From Croceivirga sp. (GTDB lineage Bacteria; Bacteroidota; Bacteroidia; Flavobacteriales; Flavobacteriaceae): a stretch of DNA of 64,000 nt. The position numbers and the translations under genes were made by a program. Where the stretch lies: NCBI GenBank assembly GCA_965230555.1, contig OZ246014.1, positions 3,091,119 through 3,155,118 on the forward strand, in the 5' to 3' direction. Numbering within the stretch: the stretch's first letter is position 1; the number at the start of each line of letters is the position of its first letter. The notes beneath the pieces were generated by a model. It searched no databases. It had not been told where the DNA came from and saw only the letters and a list, made by a program, of their open reading frames with translations. Positions 27,787 to 37,182 of the stretch are shown in pieces.

Positions 27787-29283
27787 ATGAAACAAGATAA
27801 ATTTACAAACAGGAGTATAGGCAACCATTTTGCCCTGTTCCTTGCAACGGTTCTTTTCATCTCTTGTTCGGATTTTGACAGAGACTTTGAAGATGAAAGA
27901 TATTTGAGCACCTCCCATGCCGAAGCAAATTCGGCAACAGGGAGCACCGTTGGTCTTCAAGCTCTGGATGGTGCCATCTTATCCTATTTTAGAGATGGGG
28001 AAAATGGAGCTGGCAGCACCGATGAGTTTGGTCTAAAGGCCGTACAACTTGGCATGGATCTGAGGAGTAACGATATGGACATGAGCAGAAATACTTGGTT
28101 CGGGGCATACAACAACTATGACAATGTTGTTTTAACATCCAATGACAATGATTATTTATGGGAGTTTTTCTACCGAATTATCAGTAACGCCAATAGTATT
28201 ATCAATACAATACCAGATGATGCACCAGAGGAAACATTGGTTTTTAAATACAAATCCCATGCATATAGAGGGATTGCTTACTTTTATCTCATAAGAATTT
28301 ACCAACACACAAGAGCTGATGACGCCACAAAAGCGATACCGATTGATTTTGGGGACTTTGTTGGAGAGCCCAAATCCACTGTCGGTGAGGTCAAAGCACA
28401 GATTCTCGATGATTTGACCATAGCTTTTAACGGTCTTGAAAACTATGGTAGAGCTTCTGTGGAAGAGGTTGACAGAAACGTGGCCGCTGCATTTTTAGCA
28501 AAATACCACCTAACTTATGAAAATTGGTCCGAGGCCGAAACCTATGCGGATATAGCCATGCGAGTGGGAAGCCTTAGCAGTGATGTCCTTCACGGCTTTG
28601 ATGAACTCTCTTTATCCGAAACGCTGTGGGGAGCTCAAGTGACAGAAGCCACTTCTGAGGTCTATGCCTCTTTCTTTTCCCACACAAGCCAGATCAATGA
28701 TGGGTATAGTGGTTGGAATCATTTTAAAACAGTAAATTCCAATCTATATGATATGATCCCGGCAACCGACAAAAGATTGGCCTGGTTCTCAGACCAGGAA
28801 TATGGGCCAGGAGAAATATTGGTTCCCGGCACTTGGGGGCACTATAACATTACCCCAAAGTACACCAGTTTAAAATTCATAGCGCAACCGGGACCCGGTG
28901 TGTTCATAGGGGATTATATCTACCTCAGGAATGCAGAGTTTTACCTGACCAAGGCAGAAGCTTTGGCCAGACAAAATAAAGATTCCGAAGCCCAACAAGT
29001 TTTATATGACCTAAACAGTGTTAGGGATGAAAGTTACACTTTATCAACCAATACGGGCCAAGACCTTATTGATGAAATTCTCATGTACAGAAGAATTGAG
29101 CTTTGGGGCGACGGTGTAGCTTCTTTTGACATGGCCAGACTTGGTGTTGGATTAAACAGGCAAGACGGCAGGGAGAATCTTGTCATGCCTGGGGCAGACC
29201 TTGTGATTCCTCCATTAGATGACAGAATGATCTATCAAATCCCAATTAGGGAGGTTGATGCCAATCCAAATCTTAACAATTAA
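27787..29283 (+). CDS. SusD/RagB-family nutrient-binding lipoprotein
   Basis: Lies immediately after susC. Lipobox FISCSD, TPR-like helices, C-terminal RRIELWGDG motif. Confidence 0.9.
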   Translation: MKQDKFTNRSIGNHFALFLATVLFISCSDFDRDFEDERYLSTSHAEANSATGSTVGLQALDGAILSYFRDGENGAGSTDEFGLKAVQLGMDLRSNDMDMSRNTWFGAYNNYDNVVLTSNDNDYLWEFFYRIISNANSIINTIPDDAPEETLVFKYKSHAYRGIAYFYLIRIYQHTRADDATKAIPIDFGDFVGEPKSTVGEVKAQILDDLTIAFNGLENYGRASVEEVDRNVAAAFLAKYHLTYENWSEAETYADIAMRVGSLSSDVLHGFDELSLSETLWGAQVTEATSEVYASFFSHTSQINDGYSGWNHFKTVNSNLYDMIPATDKRLAWFSDQEYGPGEILVPGTWGHYNITPKYTSLKFIAQPGPGVFIGDYIYLRNAEFYLTKAEALARQNKDSEAQQVLYDLNSVRDESYTLSTNTGQDLIDEILMYRRIELWGDGVASFDMARLGVGLNRQDGRENLVMPGADLVIPPLDDRMIYQIPIREVDANPNLNN

Positions 29284-29316
29284 GTTCTTATAGATTAAGA
29301 TTCCAAATAAGCTTGA

Positions 29317-29349
29317 AAAAGAGGCTGTCTTAAAAAGGCAGTCTCTTTT
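29317..29349 (+). terminator. Rho-independent terminator after susD
   Basis: AAAAGAGGCTG...CAGTCTCTTTT imperfect stem with T-run. Confidence 0.6.
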
Positions 29350-29566
29350 GCCTTTATAGAGGAAAGTAAAAATCTTAAAACAAACTATAAAAAAGTCTTT
29401 TTAGATAGGACAGTACCTTGCTTATCCAACCTATGTCTAGTTTTGTCATCAAACAGCCCTTACATCACTTCAAGAAAGTTGTTTTCATTTTTTTTGAACG
29501 TTATTTGAATTAGTCACAAAACATAGGGCTGTTTTTGTTTTCTTATCCCCACCCAGAACAAAGGGT

Positions 29567-30355
29567 TTATTTTCCTGATGGTTTTAAATAGGACAAGGTA
29601 GTGGTATTAAAAATGACCGGCTGCTCCACATTGACCACATGCCCGCATTTTGGCACAATGAACAGTTGTGAATTTTCATGGGCCTTGGCCACTTGTCTTA
29701 TGCTGGGGAGAAACAGATAATCCTCTTCACCCATTACATATAGGGTAGGAATTCCAATATCTGCCGATCTAAAAAAGCGTAACAGTGGATTTATCTCCGA
29801 AGTCAACCGAAACCACCTTATAAATTCTTTCTTGTACAATTTCTTGGCCTCATTTACAAACAACAACCGTGATTCCTTGTGGTTTTTGTTCGGCATAATG
29901 ATAAATGCAAAAAACCTGTACAACCAGAGATAGGGTACTATGGATTTGAGTACAACACCCAATTTCATTAATACTTGGGAACGCAGGTTCAGCTTCATGA
30001 TGGCGCCACCCATGACCATGCTCTCCACTTTATCTGGATATTTTTCTGCCAAGTTCCTGATCAAAATGGTTCCCAAGGATATGCCTATAAAATGGGATCG
30101 GGAAATTTTAAGATGGTCAATCACCTTCACAATATCATCGGTTATACTGTCAAACGTGTACTTTTCATCAAAGGCCTCCCTTAGCTTGGGTTTAGAGTTG
30201 CCATGTCCCCGTAAATCCAAAAGAAGGATGTTATAATGTTTCTTAAAGTCCCTAAGCTGTTTGTACCAAATAGAAGAACTTCCGCCGGCTCCATGCACAA
30301 AGGTCACCCATTCCTTGGAGTCTTTATGCCGATAAACTGAATGGTGCAACAACAT
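29567..30355 (-). CDS. Alpha/beta hydrolase
   Basis: HGAGGSS oxyanion region, nucleophile elbow GISLG, C-terminal CGH. Confidence 0.8.
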   Translation of the reverse strand: MLLHHSVYRHKDSKEWVTFVHGAGGSSSIWYKQLRDFKKHYNILLLDLRGHGNSKPKLREAFDEKYTFDSITDDIVKVIDHLKISRSHFIGISLGTILIRNLAEKYPDKVESMVMGGAIMKLNLRSQVLMKLGVVLKSIVPYLWLYRFFAFIIMPNKNHKESRLLFVNEAKKLYKKEFIRWFRLTSEINPLLRFFRSADIGIPTLYVMGEEDYLFLPSIRQVAKAHENSQLFIVPKCGHVVNVEQPVIFNTTTLSYLKPSGK

Positions 30356-30714
30356 GATAATTTATAGTCAAAGTAATCTATTTTTTTGTTCATAAAACAG
30401 TACTTGGACAATTTTCGTGTGAATTTTACGTTAAAACGGGACAAACTACTGCATTTTAATCTAAATAACGCAACCAAGCAATACTAATGCATCGTATATT
30501 AAAACATTAGTGATAACAAATCCATCACCATGAAACAACAGTATTGCAGGGTAGGAAAAATGACCCCGATCACACAAGGCAGTCATGCTGCCAACACATT
30601 GGAATATCGATATCAAAACTTCTTGGAAAAGGCCGCTACCGGAATAGATGCCAAACTTTCGGATTTTTTTGAATCGAAGATAAAAAGCCTTAAAAAAGTT
30701 CTTGAAGAACTCTC

Positions 30715-31533
30715 TTAAAGACCTCCCATAAGTGCTGCCATCTGGATTTGCAATTCTTTTGCTTTGACCGCTGCGGCTTCTGCAAAATCCAATCCCGTGG
30801 ATGCATAAACAATACCTCTTGAAGAGTTGACCAACAGTCCAATATCTTTGGTCATACCATAGTTGCATACCTCCTCCAAACTGCCCCCCTGTGCCCCCAC
30901 ACCAGGAACCAACAAGAAATTTTCTGGGATAATTTCACGAATCTCTTTAAGATATTCCGCCTTGGTGGCCCCGATAACGTACATCAAATTCTTGGAATTC
31001 GCATAGGTTTTTGAAGTTTCCAAAACCTGCTTGTACAATTCCATACCGTCAACTGATTTTGTTTGAAGGTCAAAAGCCCCTTGGTTGGATGTCAGGGCCA
31101 AAAGAATGGTATGCTTCTCTTCAAACGCCAAAAATGGCTCCACAGAATCGCGACCCATATAAGGCGCCACTGTAATGGAATCAAAATTTAACGTTTCAAA
31201 AAATGCCTTGGCATAACGGGTAGAGGTATTCCCAATATCGCCCCTTTTGGCATCGGCAATGGTAAACTGTTCGGGATAGTTATCGTTCAGGTAGTTTATT
31301 GTTTTTTCCAATGAGCGCCATCCTTTTAACCCATACGCCTCATAAAAGGCTATATTGGGCTTATAGGCCACACAGTATTCTTGAGTGGCATCGATTATGG
31401 CTTTGTTAAAAGCAAAAATAGGATCTTCCTCCTTTAAAAGATGTGGTGGAATTTTTTCTAAATCGGTATCCAATCCCACACAGAGAAAGGAGTGCTTTTT
31501 CTTTATTTGAGCTACAAGTTCAGTAAGCTTCAC
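30715..31533 (-). CDS. pyrF: Orotidine 5'-phosphate decarboxylase (type 2)
   Basis: 272 aa, [27 protein letters not shown] motifs. GTG start overlaps the stop of the upstream gene. Confidence 0.9.
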   Translation of the reverse strand: MKLTELVAQIKKKHSFLCVGLDTDLEKIPPHLLKEEDPIFAFNKAIIDATQEYCVAYKPNIAFYEAYGLKGWRSLEKTINYLNDNYPEQFTIADAKRGDIGNTSTRYAKAFFETLNFDSITVAPYMGRDSVEPFLAFEEKHTILLALTSNQGAFDLQTKSVDGMELYKQVLETSKTYANSKNLMYVIGATKAEYLKEIREIIPENFLLVPGVGAQGGSLEEVCNYGMTKDIGLLVNSSRGIVYASTGLDFAEAAAVKAKELQIQMAALMGGL

Positions 31534-31913
31534 AGGGCATTTGGTTTTGGGTTATTGGTTTTAGAATCTGCATATTTTTTTAACGCATGAATACTTCTTT
31601 GAAGTTCTCCAAGTTTCTTAAGGGTATTTTGAAGTTTTTCTTCCGCTATGTACCCTACTTTTTCGGCAATAATCAATTGGGTTTCCAATTCATAAGAAGA
31701 ACCTAATGAAATTTGCAAAAATCTTGAAAAATCTTTCTGGGATTCTCTAGAACATCCTTCAGCAATATTGGATGGAATTGAGACTACACTTCTTGATATC
31801 TGTGCAGACAGCGCAAATCTTTCGGAACTGGGAAAAGTATCAAGAACTGTGTAAATCTCTTCAACCAATTCAATTCCGTTTTTCCAAACTTCTAAATCTC
31901 TGAAATTTCTCAT
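31530..31913 (-). CDS. Four-helix-bundle protein (23S rRNA intervening-sequence protein family)
   Basis: 127 aa; FRDLEVWK..., SIPSNIAEG and ...ELETQL blocks typical of the family. Tail reads ...[11 protein letters not shown]. Confidence 0.8.
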   Translation of the reverse strand: MRNFRDLEVWKNGIELVEEIYTVLDTFPSSERFALSAQISRSVVSIPSNIAEGCSRESQKDFSRFLQISLGSSYELETQLIIAEKVGYIAEEKLQNTLKKLGELQRSIHALKKYADSKTNNPKPNAL

Positions 31914-31948
31914 TTCAACATTAAAACCAAACGTCCAAAACCCAATAC

Positions 31949-33025
31949 CTAAAACGTCTCAGATGCTTCCCTTAATTTTTCGGTATTCTCCACCAACATC
32001 AGTTCATCAATTATTTTTTGAATATCGCCGTTAATGATGTTCTGCAAATCGTAGAGGGTAAGCCCAATTCTATGGTCGGTCACCCGTCCTTGCGGATAAT
32101 TGTACGTCCTGATCTTGGCCGATCGGTCGCCACTGCTTACTTGAGAATTTCGCTTTAGTGCATCTTCGGCTTGCTTCTTGGCCAATTCCAAATCGTACAA
32201 TCGCGAACGCAACACCACAAATGCCTTGTCTCTATTTTTGTGCTGCGATTTCTGGTCTTGGCATTGGGCCACAATTCCTGTTGGTATGTGTGTCAGACGA
32301 ACTGCGGAATACGTTGTATTAACCGACTGTCCACCAGGGCCAGAGGAACAAAAATAATCGATACGGACATCCTTGGGGTCGATCTGCACGTCAAATTCCT
32401 CAGCTTCTGGAATGACCATTACCGTGGCCGCCGAGGTATGCACACGCCCCTGGGTCTCTGTCTGTGGCACACGCTGTACACGGTGCACCCCTGCTTCAAA
32501 TTTCAAAGTTCCGTAAACATCTTCACCGGTTACTTCAAAGTGAATCTCCTTATAGCCCCCAGCGGTCCCTTCGTTCAAATCTATGATGTTGGTACGCCAC
32601 CCCTTGGTTTCACAGTATTTGGCATACATGCGGTAAAGGTCTCCAGCAAAAATACTGGCTTCATCCCCACCGGTGCCCGCTCTAATTTCCATCACCACAT
32701 CCTTAGCGTCTTCGGGATCTTTTGGAATGAGCAAAAACTTGATTTCCTCTTCCAACTGGGGCAAGGCCTCCTTGGCCTCTTCCAATTGCATTTTGGCCAT
32801 ACCCACCATTTCGGCATCACTGCCATCCGCAATGATCTCTTCGGCTTCGGCTATATTGTTTTGAAAAGTTAAGTATTGCTCCCGTTTATCCACCAAGACC
32901 TTTAAGTCCTTGTACTCCTTGTTCAGGGTAACGTATTTCTTTTGGTCGGCAATGATATCGGGTTGTATGATAAGGTCAGCCACTTCATCAAAGCGCTGCT
33001 TAACAATGTTTAACTTATCTAGCAT
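31949..33025 (-). CDS. prfA: Peptide chain release factor 1
   Basis: 358 aa, GGQ motif SGPGGQSVN, PxT tripeptide region [10 protein letters not shown]. Confidence 0.95.
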   Translation of the reverse strand: MLDKLNIVKQRFDEVADLIIQPDIIADQKKYVTLNKEYKDLKVLVDKREQYLTFQNNIAEAEEIIADGSDAEMVGMAKMQLEEAKEALPQLEEEIKFLLIPKDPEDAKDVVMEIRAGTGGDEASIFAGDLYRMYAKYCETKGWRTNIIDLNEGTAGGYKEIHFEVTGEDVYGTLKFEAGVHRVQRVPQTETQGRVHTSAATVMVIPEAEEFDVQIDPKDVRIDYFCSSGPGGQSVNTTYSAVRLTHIPTGIVAQCQDQKSQHKNRDKAFVVLRSRLYDLELAKKQAEDALKRNSQVSSGDRSAKIRTYNYPQGRVTDHRIGLTLYDLQNIINGDIQKIIDELMLVENTEKLREASETF

Positions 33026-33076
33026 AAATCAATTTTCTAAAGTTTACGAAATTACGACAAATTTGATGAAAGAAGT

Positions 33077-33385
33077 TTGAATCCAAGCGTACTTGCCAAG
33101 GCAAAAACATATCAGATCATTTGGCTTTTTTATCGTAAGCTCCTTCCTTATTCCGTTCTTATTTCTCTTTATTTCGCTTTTTTAGCAATGCCTTTCCTTA
33201 AGATTGTCTTTGTTAAGTTGCTGCTCATGGCCATACTCTATCTTTTTTATTTTGAAAAAAGGCTCTCTGAAGGGTTGATTTTTTACAAAAACTTTGGGAT
33301 CTCGAGTCCTATGCTCTTTTCCATTGCCTTTCTGTATGACTCATTCATTAGTTTGTTTATTAGTTTATTTTTTCAAGTCCTATGA
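33077..33385 (+). CDS. Small 3-TM membrane protein
   Basis: 102-aa hydrophobic ORF with a non-ATG start; 4-nt overlap with the downstream ABC ATPase. Confidence 0.4.
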   Translation: MNPSVLAKAKTYQIIWLFYRKLLPYSVLISLYFAFLAMPFLKIVFVKLLLMAILYLFYFEKRLSEGLIFYKNFGISSPMLFSIAFLYDSFISLFISLFFQVL

Positions 33386-34044
33386 CCTTAGAGGTTGATA
33401 ACATTGAACTCCACTTTAAAACAAAAAGGATTTTATATGGAATCTACCTTAAGGCCGAATCTGGCAAGATAACCAGTCTGATTGGCCGTAATGGGTGTGG
33501 CAAAACCTCTTTGCTCAAAATTGTTTTTGGCTCGTTGGACCCAAAGAGCAAAAGCATCAGAATAGATGGAACACCTCAATCCAAACCACTTTTTCTTTCC
33601 AACCAAATAGCCTACCTGCCCCAACATAGGTTGTTGCCCAAGTCTATAAAGACAAGGACTGCTTTCAAACTTTTTAATTGTGACTTCAATGGTTTTACCA
33701 ATCGTTTTACTGCTTTTGACAAGTATTACAATTATAGGGTTTCTGAACTTAGTTCCGGCGAAAGAAAAGTAGTGGAAACCTATCTGATACTGTTCAGTGG
33801 CAAAAGGATTATTTTACTTGACGAACCTTTTTCCTTCGTTGCACCCATTTATGTTGAAATATTCAAAAGACTTATGTTAGAACAAAAGAAAGACAGCCTG
33901 ATCATGGTCACCGATCATTTTTACCATGATGTTTTAGCGATAAGCGACACCACTTATTGTCTTAAAAATGGTTGCAGTAAACCCATATCCTCAAGAGAAG
34001 ATTTAGAACAAGAGGGATACCTAATCAACCACAAAAGAGGTTGA
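33382..34044 (+). CDS. ABC transporter ATP-binding protein (stand-alone)
   Basis: Walker A GRNGCGKTS, signature LSSGERK, Walker B ILLDEPFS, H-loop TDH. Confidence 0.8.
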   Translation: MTLEVDNIELHFKTKRILYGIYLKAESGKITSLIGRNGCGKTSLLKIVFGSLDPKSKSIRIDGTPQSKPLFLSNQIAYLPQHRLLPKSIKTRTAFKLFNCDFNGFTNRFTAFDKYYNYRVSELSSGERKVVETYLILFSGKRIILLDEPFSFVAPIYVEIFKRLMLEQKKDSLIMVTDHFYHDVLAISDTTYCLKNGCSKPISSREDLEQEGYLINHKRG

Positions 34045-35325
34045 AAGGGTTATGATAGAGGCATCCAAACCAGTATTTCGGTCATAATAGGCGTAGCGCA
34101 GATCAATGGCCTTGAGCCCGAACACAAAAATCTTAGCTCTGGTAAAAATGTCTTTATACCGAATGCCAAAACCATATTGATTGGCCGTATAATCGGAATG
34201 GTCATAATCCGAAGTGTAAAAATCAAAAATGGACAATGCCCCTTCCTTAGGGTAAAAATAATCAGCGGCCGTTTGTTGGTAATAGCGAAAGCTAGGGTAC
34301 AATGTAAAACTATCATTCAATTTTAAGGGAACCTCCAATGAGGCCGTGTGGGAAACAATGCCCCAATCATCATAATAGAACCTGTAGAAGGCCCTAAGGG
34401 TGGCCCAATCATTCGCATAATAATTCAACCTTCCTCCTAAGGGGAGCTTAAACCGTGTATTGGGCAGTCGCTCCACATCGTCGGCCAACTGAAAATCCTC
34501 TTCAAAAAAATCATCGACATCCCCAAAATACACCCGTTGCATGGGCGAGCCCAAAAGTCCATCTTGCAGCACCACATCCAAGGAAAGGGAACCCTGTAAG
34601 CGTTTGCCCAGAATTTGGGCAAAACTCAAGGAAAGGGAATACGAGTTGCGGTTTTCATCTTCAAAAGGAATAAAAACGGGGTCGTATCCCAAAACAGAAC
34701 CCGAAAAACCTTCACGTAATTCTATGGGATATTGGGGAATCCAAGAATCTAAATATACTTGAGCGGCTATTGATATTTCGGTGTTTCGTTCGTTGAACAA
34801 TCGCGCATAACTACCCCCAAAACCTATGGAGAAATAGTCATACTCTGCAGAAACATAGGCATTGGCACTCCAGATCTGATTTCGGTCATCAGAATTGTGC
34901 GTATATGATGGGTTAAAATAGGCCAAAACGTCGGAGCGGGATGCCCCGGAAGAGGCACTGAACGGACTAGCCGTGCCACCACCATCAAAAGGATTTACAT
35001 TGCTGGACGAAGCCGAAGTATAGGCCGATATTCCGGCATCAATGGTAAGAATATCGTCATCGTTCAAGGGCATGGTCAGTACAATGGTCGAGGTTGCATC
35101 GGTCAATTCCTCTGAGCCTTCACCCCCACTCACCGCGGCATTGGGGCCGTCTTGACTATAATAACTAAAAAGGGTTTCCAGTTCGGCAGCCTCCAACACT
35201 CTTTTCTTATAGGCCAAAGTAGATTGCTGGGCCTGGGAACAGCCAAAAACAAACAAGCAAAAAAACATACAAATCGCAGAAATTGGATTGTTGGATTTTT
35301 CGTTTTTTGGATTATTGGATTGCAT
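34021..35325 (-). CDS. DUF3570-like outer-membrane beta-barrel protein
   Basis: Signal peptide ...MFFCLFVFGCSQAQQ and a Ser/Gly/Tyr-rich strand pattern, in the conserved neighbourhood with DUF4266/ApbE/thioredoxin. Start trimmed to MQSNNPK (alternative 35268) because the upstream part of the ORF is translated repeat DNA. Confidence 0.65.
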   Translation of the reverse strand: MQSNNPKNEKSNNPISAICMFFCLFVFGCSQAQQSTLAYKKRVLEAAELETLFSYYSQDGPNAAVSGGEGSEELTDATSTIVLTMPLNDDDILTIDAGISAYTSASSSNVNPFDGGGTASPFSASSGASRSDVLAYFNPSYTHNSDDRNQIWSANAYVSAEYDYFSIGFGGSYARLFNERNTEISIAAQVYLDSWIPQYPIELREGFSGSVLGYDPVFIPFEDENRNSYSLSLSFAQILGKRLQGSLSLDVVLQDGLLGSPMQRVYFGDVDDFFEEDFQLADDVERLPNTRFKLPLGGRLNYYANDWATLRAFYRFYYDDWGIVSHTASLEVPLKLNDSFTLYPSFRYYQQTAADYFYPKEGALSIFDFYTSDYDHSDYTANQYGFGIRYKDIFTRAKIFVFGLKAIDLRYAYYDRNTGLDASIITLSTSFVVD

Positions 35326-35363
35326 CCCCTTTAAACTTTTTACAAACTCTTTGATTACGGTAA

Positions 35364-35520
35364 GACCCTTCGGCAAGCTCAGGGTAAGTTCTGCCACAAT
35401 TTTCGCTGCATTGCATTTGCGGAAATTGGACGGTACGTTCACCAAAACCCCTACAGACCCTTCGGCAAGCTCAGGGTAAGTTCTGCCAACAATTTTCGCT
35501 GCATTACATTTGCGAAAATC
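35364..35520. repeat. Two about 64-bp direct repeats (35364-35427 and 35456-35519), each with two hairpins
   Basis: GACCCTTCGGCAAGCTCAGGGTAAGTTCTGCCA(A)CAATTTTCGCTGCATT(G/A)CATTTGCG(G)AAA occurs twice, about 95% identical, with a 28-bp spacer. Confidence 0.85.
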
Positions 35521-35529
35521 GGGCATCAC

Positions 35530-35745
35530 TTAATTACATCCGCAACCACCACCGGTCTTTCCCCCATTGGCCCCGGAAGCTGCCTCCCTGTAGGTATGAA
35601 AGGTGGTTTCAAATCGTTCACAGCTTTTAAGCCTCAAGGCCATTTCTTCGTCGTTCACATAGGCCTTATCGTATTCGCGTACCACAACACAAGATGAGGC
35701 AGAACCGACCATGACCAATACCAACACCAACAGGGACACTCTCAT
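35530..35745 (-). CDS. DUF4266-like small lipoprotein
   Basis: 71 aa from MRVSLLVLVLVMVGSASSC (lipobox), ending ...GGKTGGGCGCN. The long ORF form overlaps apbE and was trimmed. Confidence 0.65.
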   Translation of the reverse strand: MRVSLLVLVLVMVGSASSCVVVREYDKAYVNDEEMALRLKSCERFETTFHTYREAASGANGGKTGGGCGCN

Positions 35746-35755
35746 AATCTTAAAA

Positions 35756-36751
35756 TTACAGTTTTTTATCAAACATGATTCCCGAACTTTTATGGATTTT
35801 ATTGTCCTTGTCCACCAAGACCACTTCCACCCCATCCATTTGATTGACCATGTGGATGCCACTATCCCTTCCCATGACAAAAACCGCAGTCGCCAAGGCA
35901 TCACAGAGTTCGGCATCTTTGGCAAAGATGGAAACACTCTTTACCCCATTTACCGGATACCCCGTTCTTGGATCAATGATGTGGGTATATTTTTCACCAT
36001 CAAACAGGACATACTTTTCATAATTGCCCGAGGTTGCCACTGAGGATTCCACGATGGGCAACCATGAAAACACTTTGGTCTTATCCATAGGATTGGTGAG
36101 ACCCACCAACCATTTTTCCCCTGTTTCCTTGGTTCCCCAAGTGGTCAAATCGCCCCCTGCATTGATAATGCCTCCCGGAACTCCTTTTCCCATCAAAAGT
36201 TTCTTGGTCCTATCGGCGGTATACCCCTTACCAATGGCTCCAAAACCAATCTTCATGCCCTCTTTGGGAAGGTAAACCGTAAAATTATGCTCGTCCAGGA
36301 CAATCTTGGTGTAGCCCACACTGGCAATGGATTTCTTTATGTCCTGTTCCAAGGGGAACTGCTTCATGCTGCCATCAAACCTCCAGATGTTGTCCATGGA
36401 GGCATAGGTGATGTCAAAAGCCCCATCCGTGATCTCCGATATTTTGATGGCACGCTGTATCAATCTAAAAAGCTCCTCGCTCACCCTTACCGGACGAATG
36501 CCCGCAAAACGATTGACCTGTGATGTTTCGGAATCCACATCCCAGGAAGAAATCTTTTTCTCAATCCGTTGGATCTCTGCAATGGCCTCGTTGATGTTGA
36601 TGTAGCCAATGTCTTCATTTTGGGCGACCAAGGTTATTTCAAAACGGGTGCCCATCAATTTGAGTACCTTGTTCACCGATACATATTTCTTTTCCTGTCC
36701 AAGGAGCAGTAGGTTAAAAAATAGAAAGAATACGATTGGGAATCTCTTCAT
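35756..36751 (-). CDS. apbE: FAD:protein FMN transferase (ApbE family)
   Basis: 331 aa, signal peptide, MGTRFEI..., GAIGKGY, ATSGNYEKY..., HIIDPRTGYP motifs. Confidence 0.9.
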   Translation of the reverse strand: MKRFPIVFFLFFNLLLLGQEKKYVSVNKVLKLMGTRFEITLVAQNEDIGYININEAIAEIQRIEKKISSWDVDSETSQVNRFAGIRPVRVSEELFRLIQRAIKISEITDGAFDITYASMDNIWRFDGSMKQFPLEQDIKKSIASVGYTKIVLDEHNFTVYLPKEGMKIGFGAIGKGYTADRTKKLLMGKGVPGGIINAGGDLTTWGTKETGEKWLVGLTNPMDKTKVFSWLPIVESSVATSGNYEKYVLFDGEKYTHIIDPRTGYPVNGVKSVSIFAKDAELCDALATAVFVMGRDSGIHMVNQMDGVEVVLVDKDNKIHKSSGIMFDKKL

Positions 36752-37179
36752 TTAAGCAAGTTATCTAGTATTGATATGTAAGCTTTGGGTGTCATTTCCA
36801 AATTCACCAAATAGCCTTGGACCGTTTCATCCCCGTTCAACAAAATGACCTTGGGAAAACTTTCCAAGCCATATTTTTCTGCCAACGTCTTGTTCATGTC
36901 CAATACGGTCTTAGGCAATTGATTCTTCTTCTTTCTGGGAAAATCTGCCTTGTACAATACCAGCTTTTCCGAGGCAAAATCTTTAAAATCCTGGGTCTGC
37001 CACACTTTTCTATCAAGTCTGACACAAGGGGTGCACCAATCGGAGCCCGAAAAGACCAATAGCAATTTTTTGCCCTCGGTTTTTGTTTTGGCAAGTGCCA
37101 TGGAAAAATCTTGTTCCCAATCCTGTGAAAACACCAGTTGGGCCATCAGTACCAAAAAAAGAAAAGAAAATCTGGCCAT
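36748..37179 (-). CDS. Periplasmic thioredoxin-fold protein
   Basis: Signal peptide; active site SGSDWCTPC. 4-nt overlap with apbE. Confidence 0.85.
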   Translation of the reverse strand: MARFSFLFLVLMAQLVFSQDWEQDFSMALAKTKTEGKKLLLVFSGSDWCTPCVRLDRKVWQTQDFKDFASEKLVLYKADFPRKKKNQLPKTVLDMNKTLAEKYGLESFPKVILLNGDETVQGYLVNLEMTPKAYISILDNLLK

Positions 37180-37182
37180 ATG

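Noticed and set aside
30461-30868. 135-aa minus-strand ORF overlapping the 3' end of pyrF
   Set aside because: It overlaps pyrF by about 150 nt and has no signal, motif or plausible start context. The remaining 30356-30714 is treated as intergenic. A 62-aa plus-strand ORF at 30530-30718 is possible but unsupported.
32440-32470. RF1 recognition tripeptide reads PQT rather than PAT/PVT
   Set aside because: The middle residue of PxT is variable among bacteria and the GGQ motif is intact. This is probably lineage-typical rather than a recoding signal.
35326-35529. N-terminal extension of the DUF3570 ORF (FRKCNAAKIV x2)
   Set aside because: It is a translation of the duplicated 64-bp repeat. A normal signal peptide follows at MQSNN.../MFFCLFVFGCS.
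35746-35937. N-terminal 64-aa extension of the DUF4266 ORF
   Set aside because: It overlaps the 3' end of apbE, and a lipoprotein signal peptide begins at the internal Met (35745).
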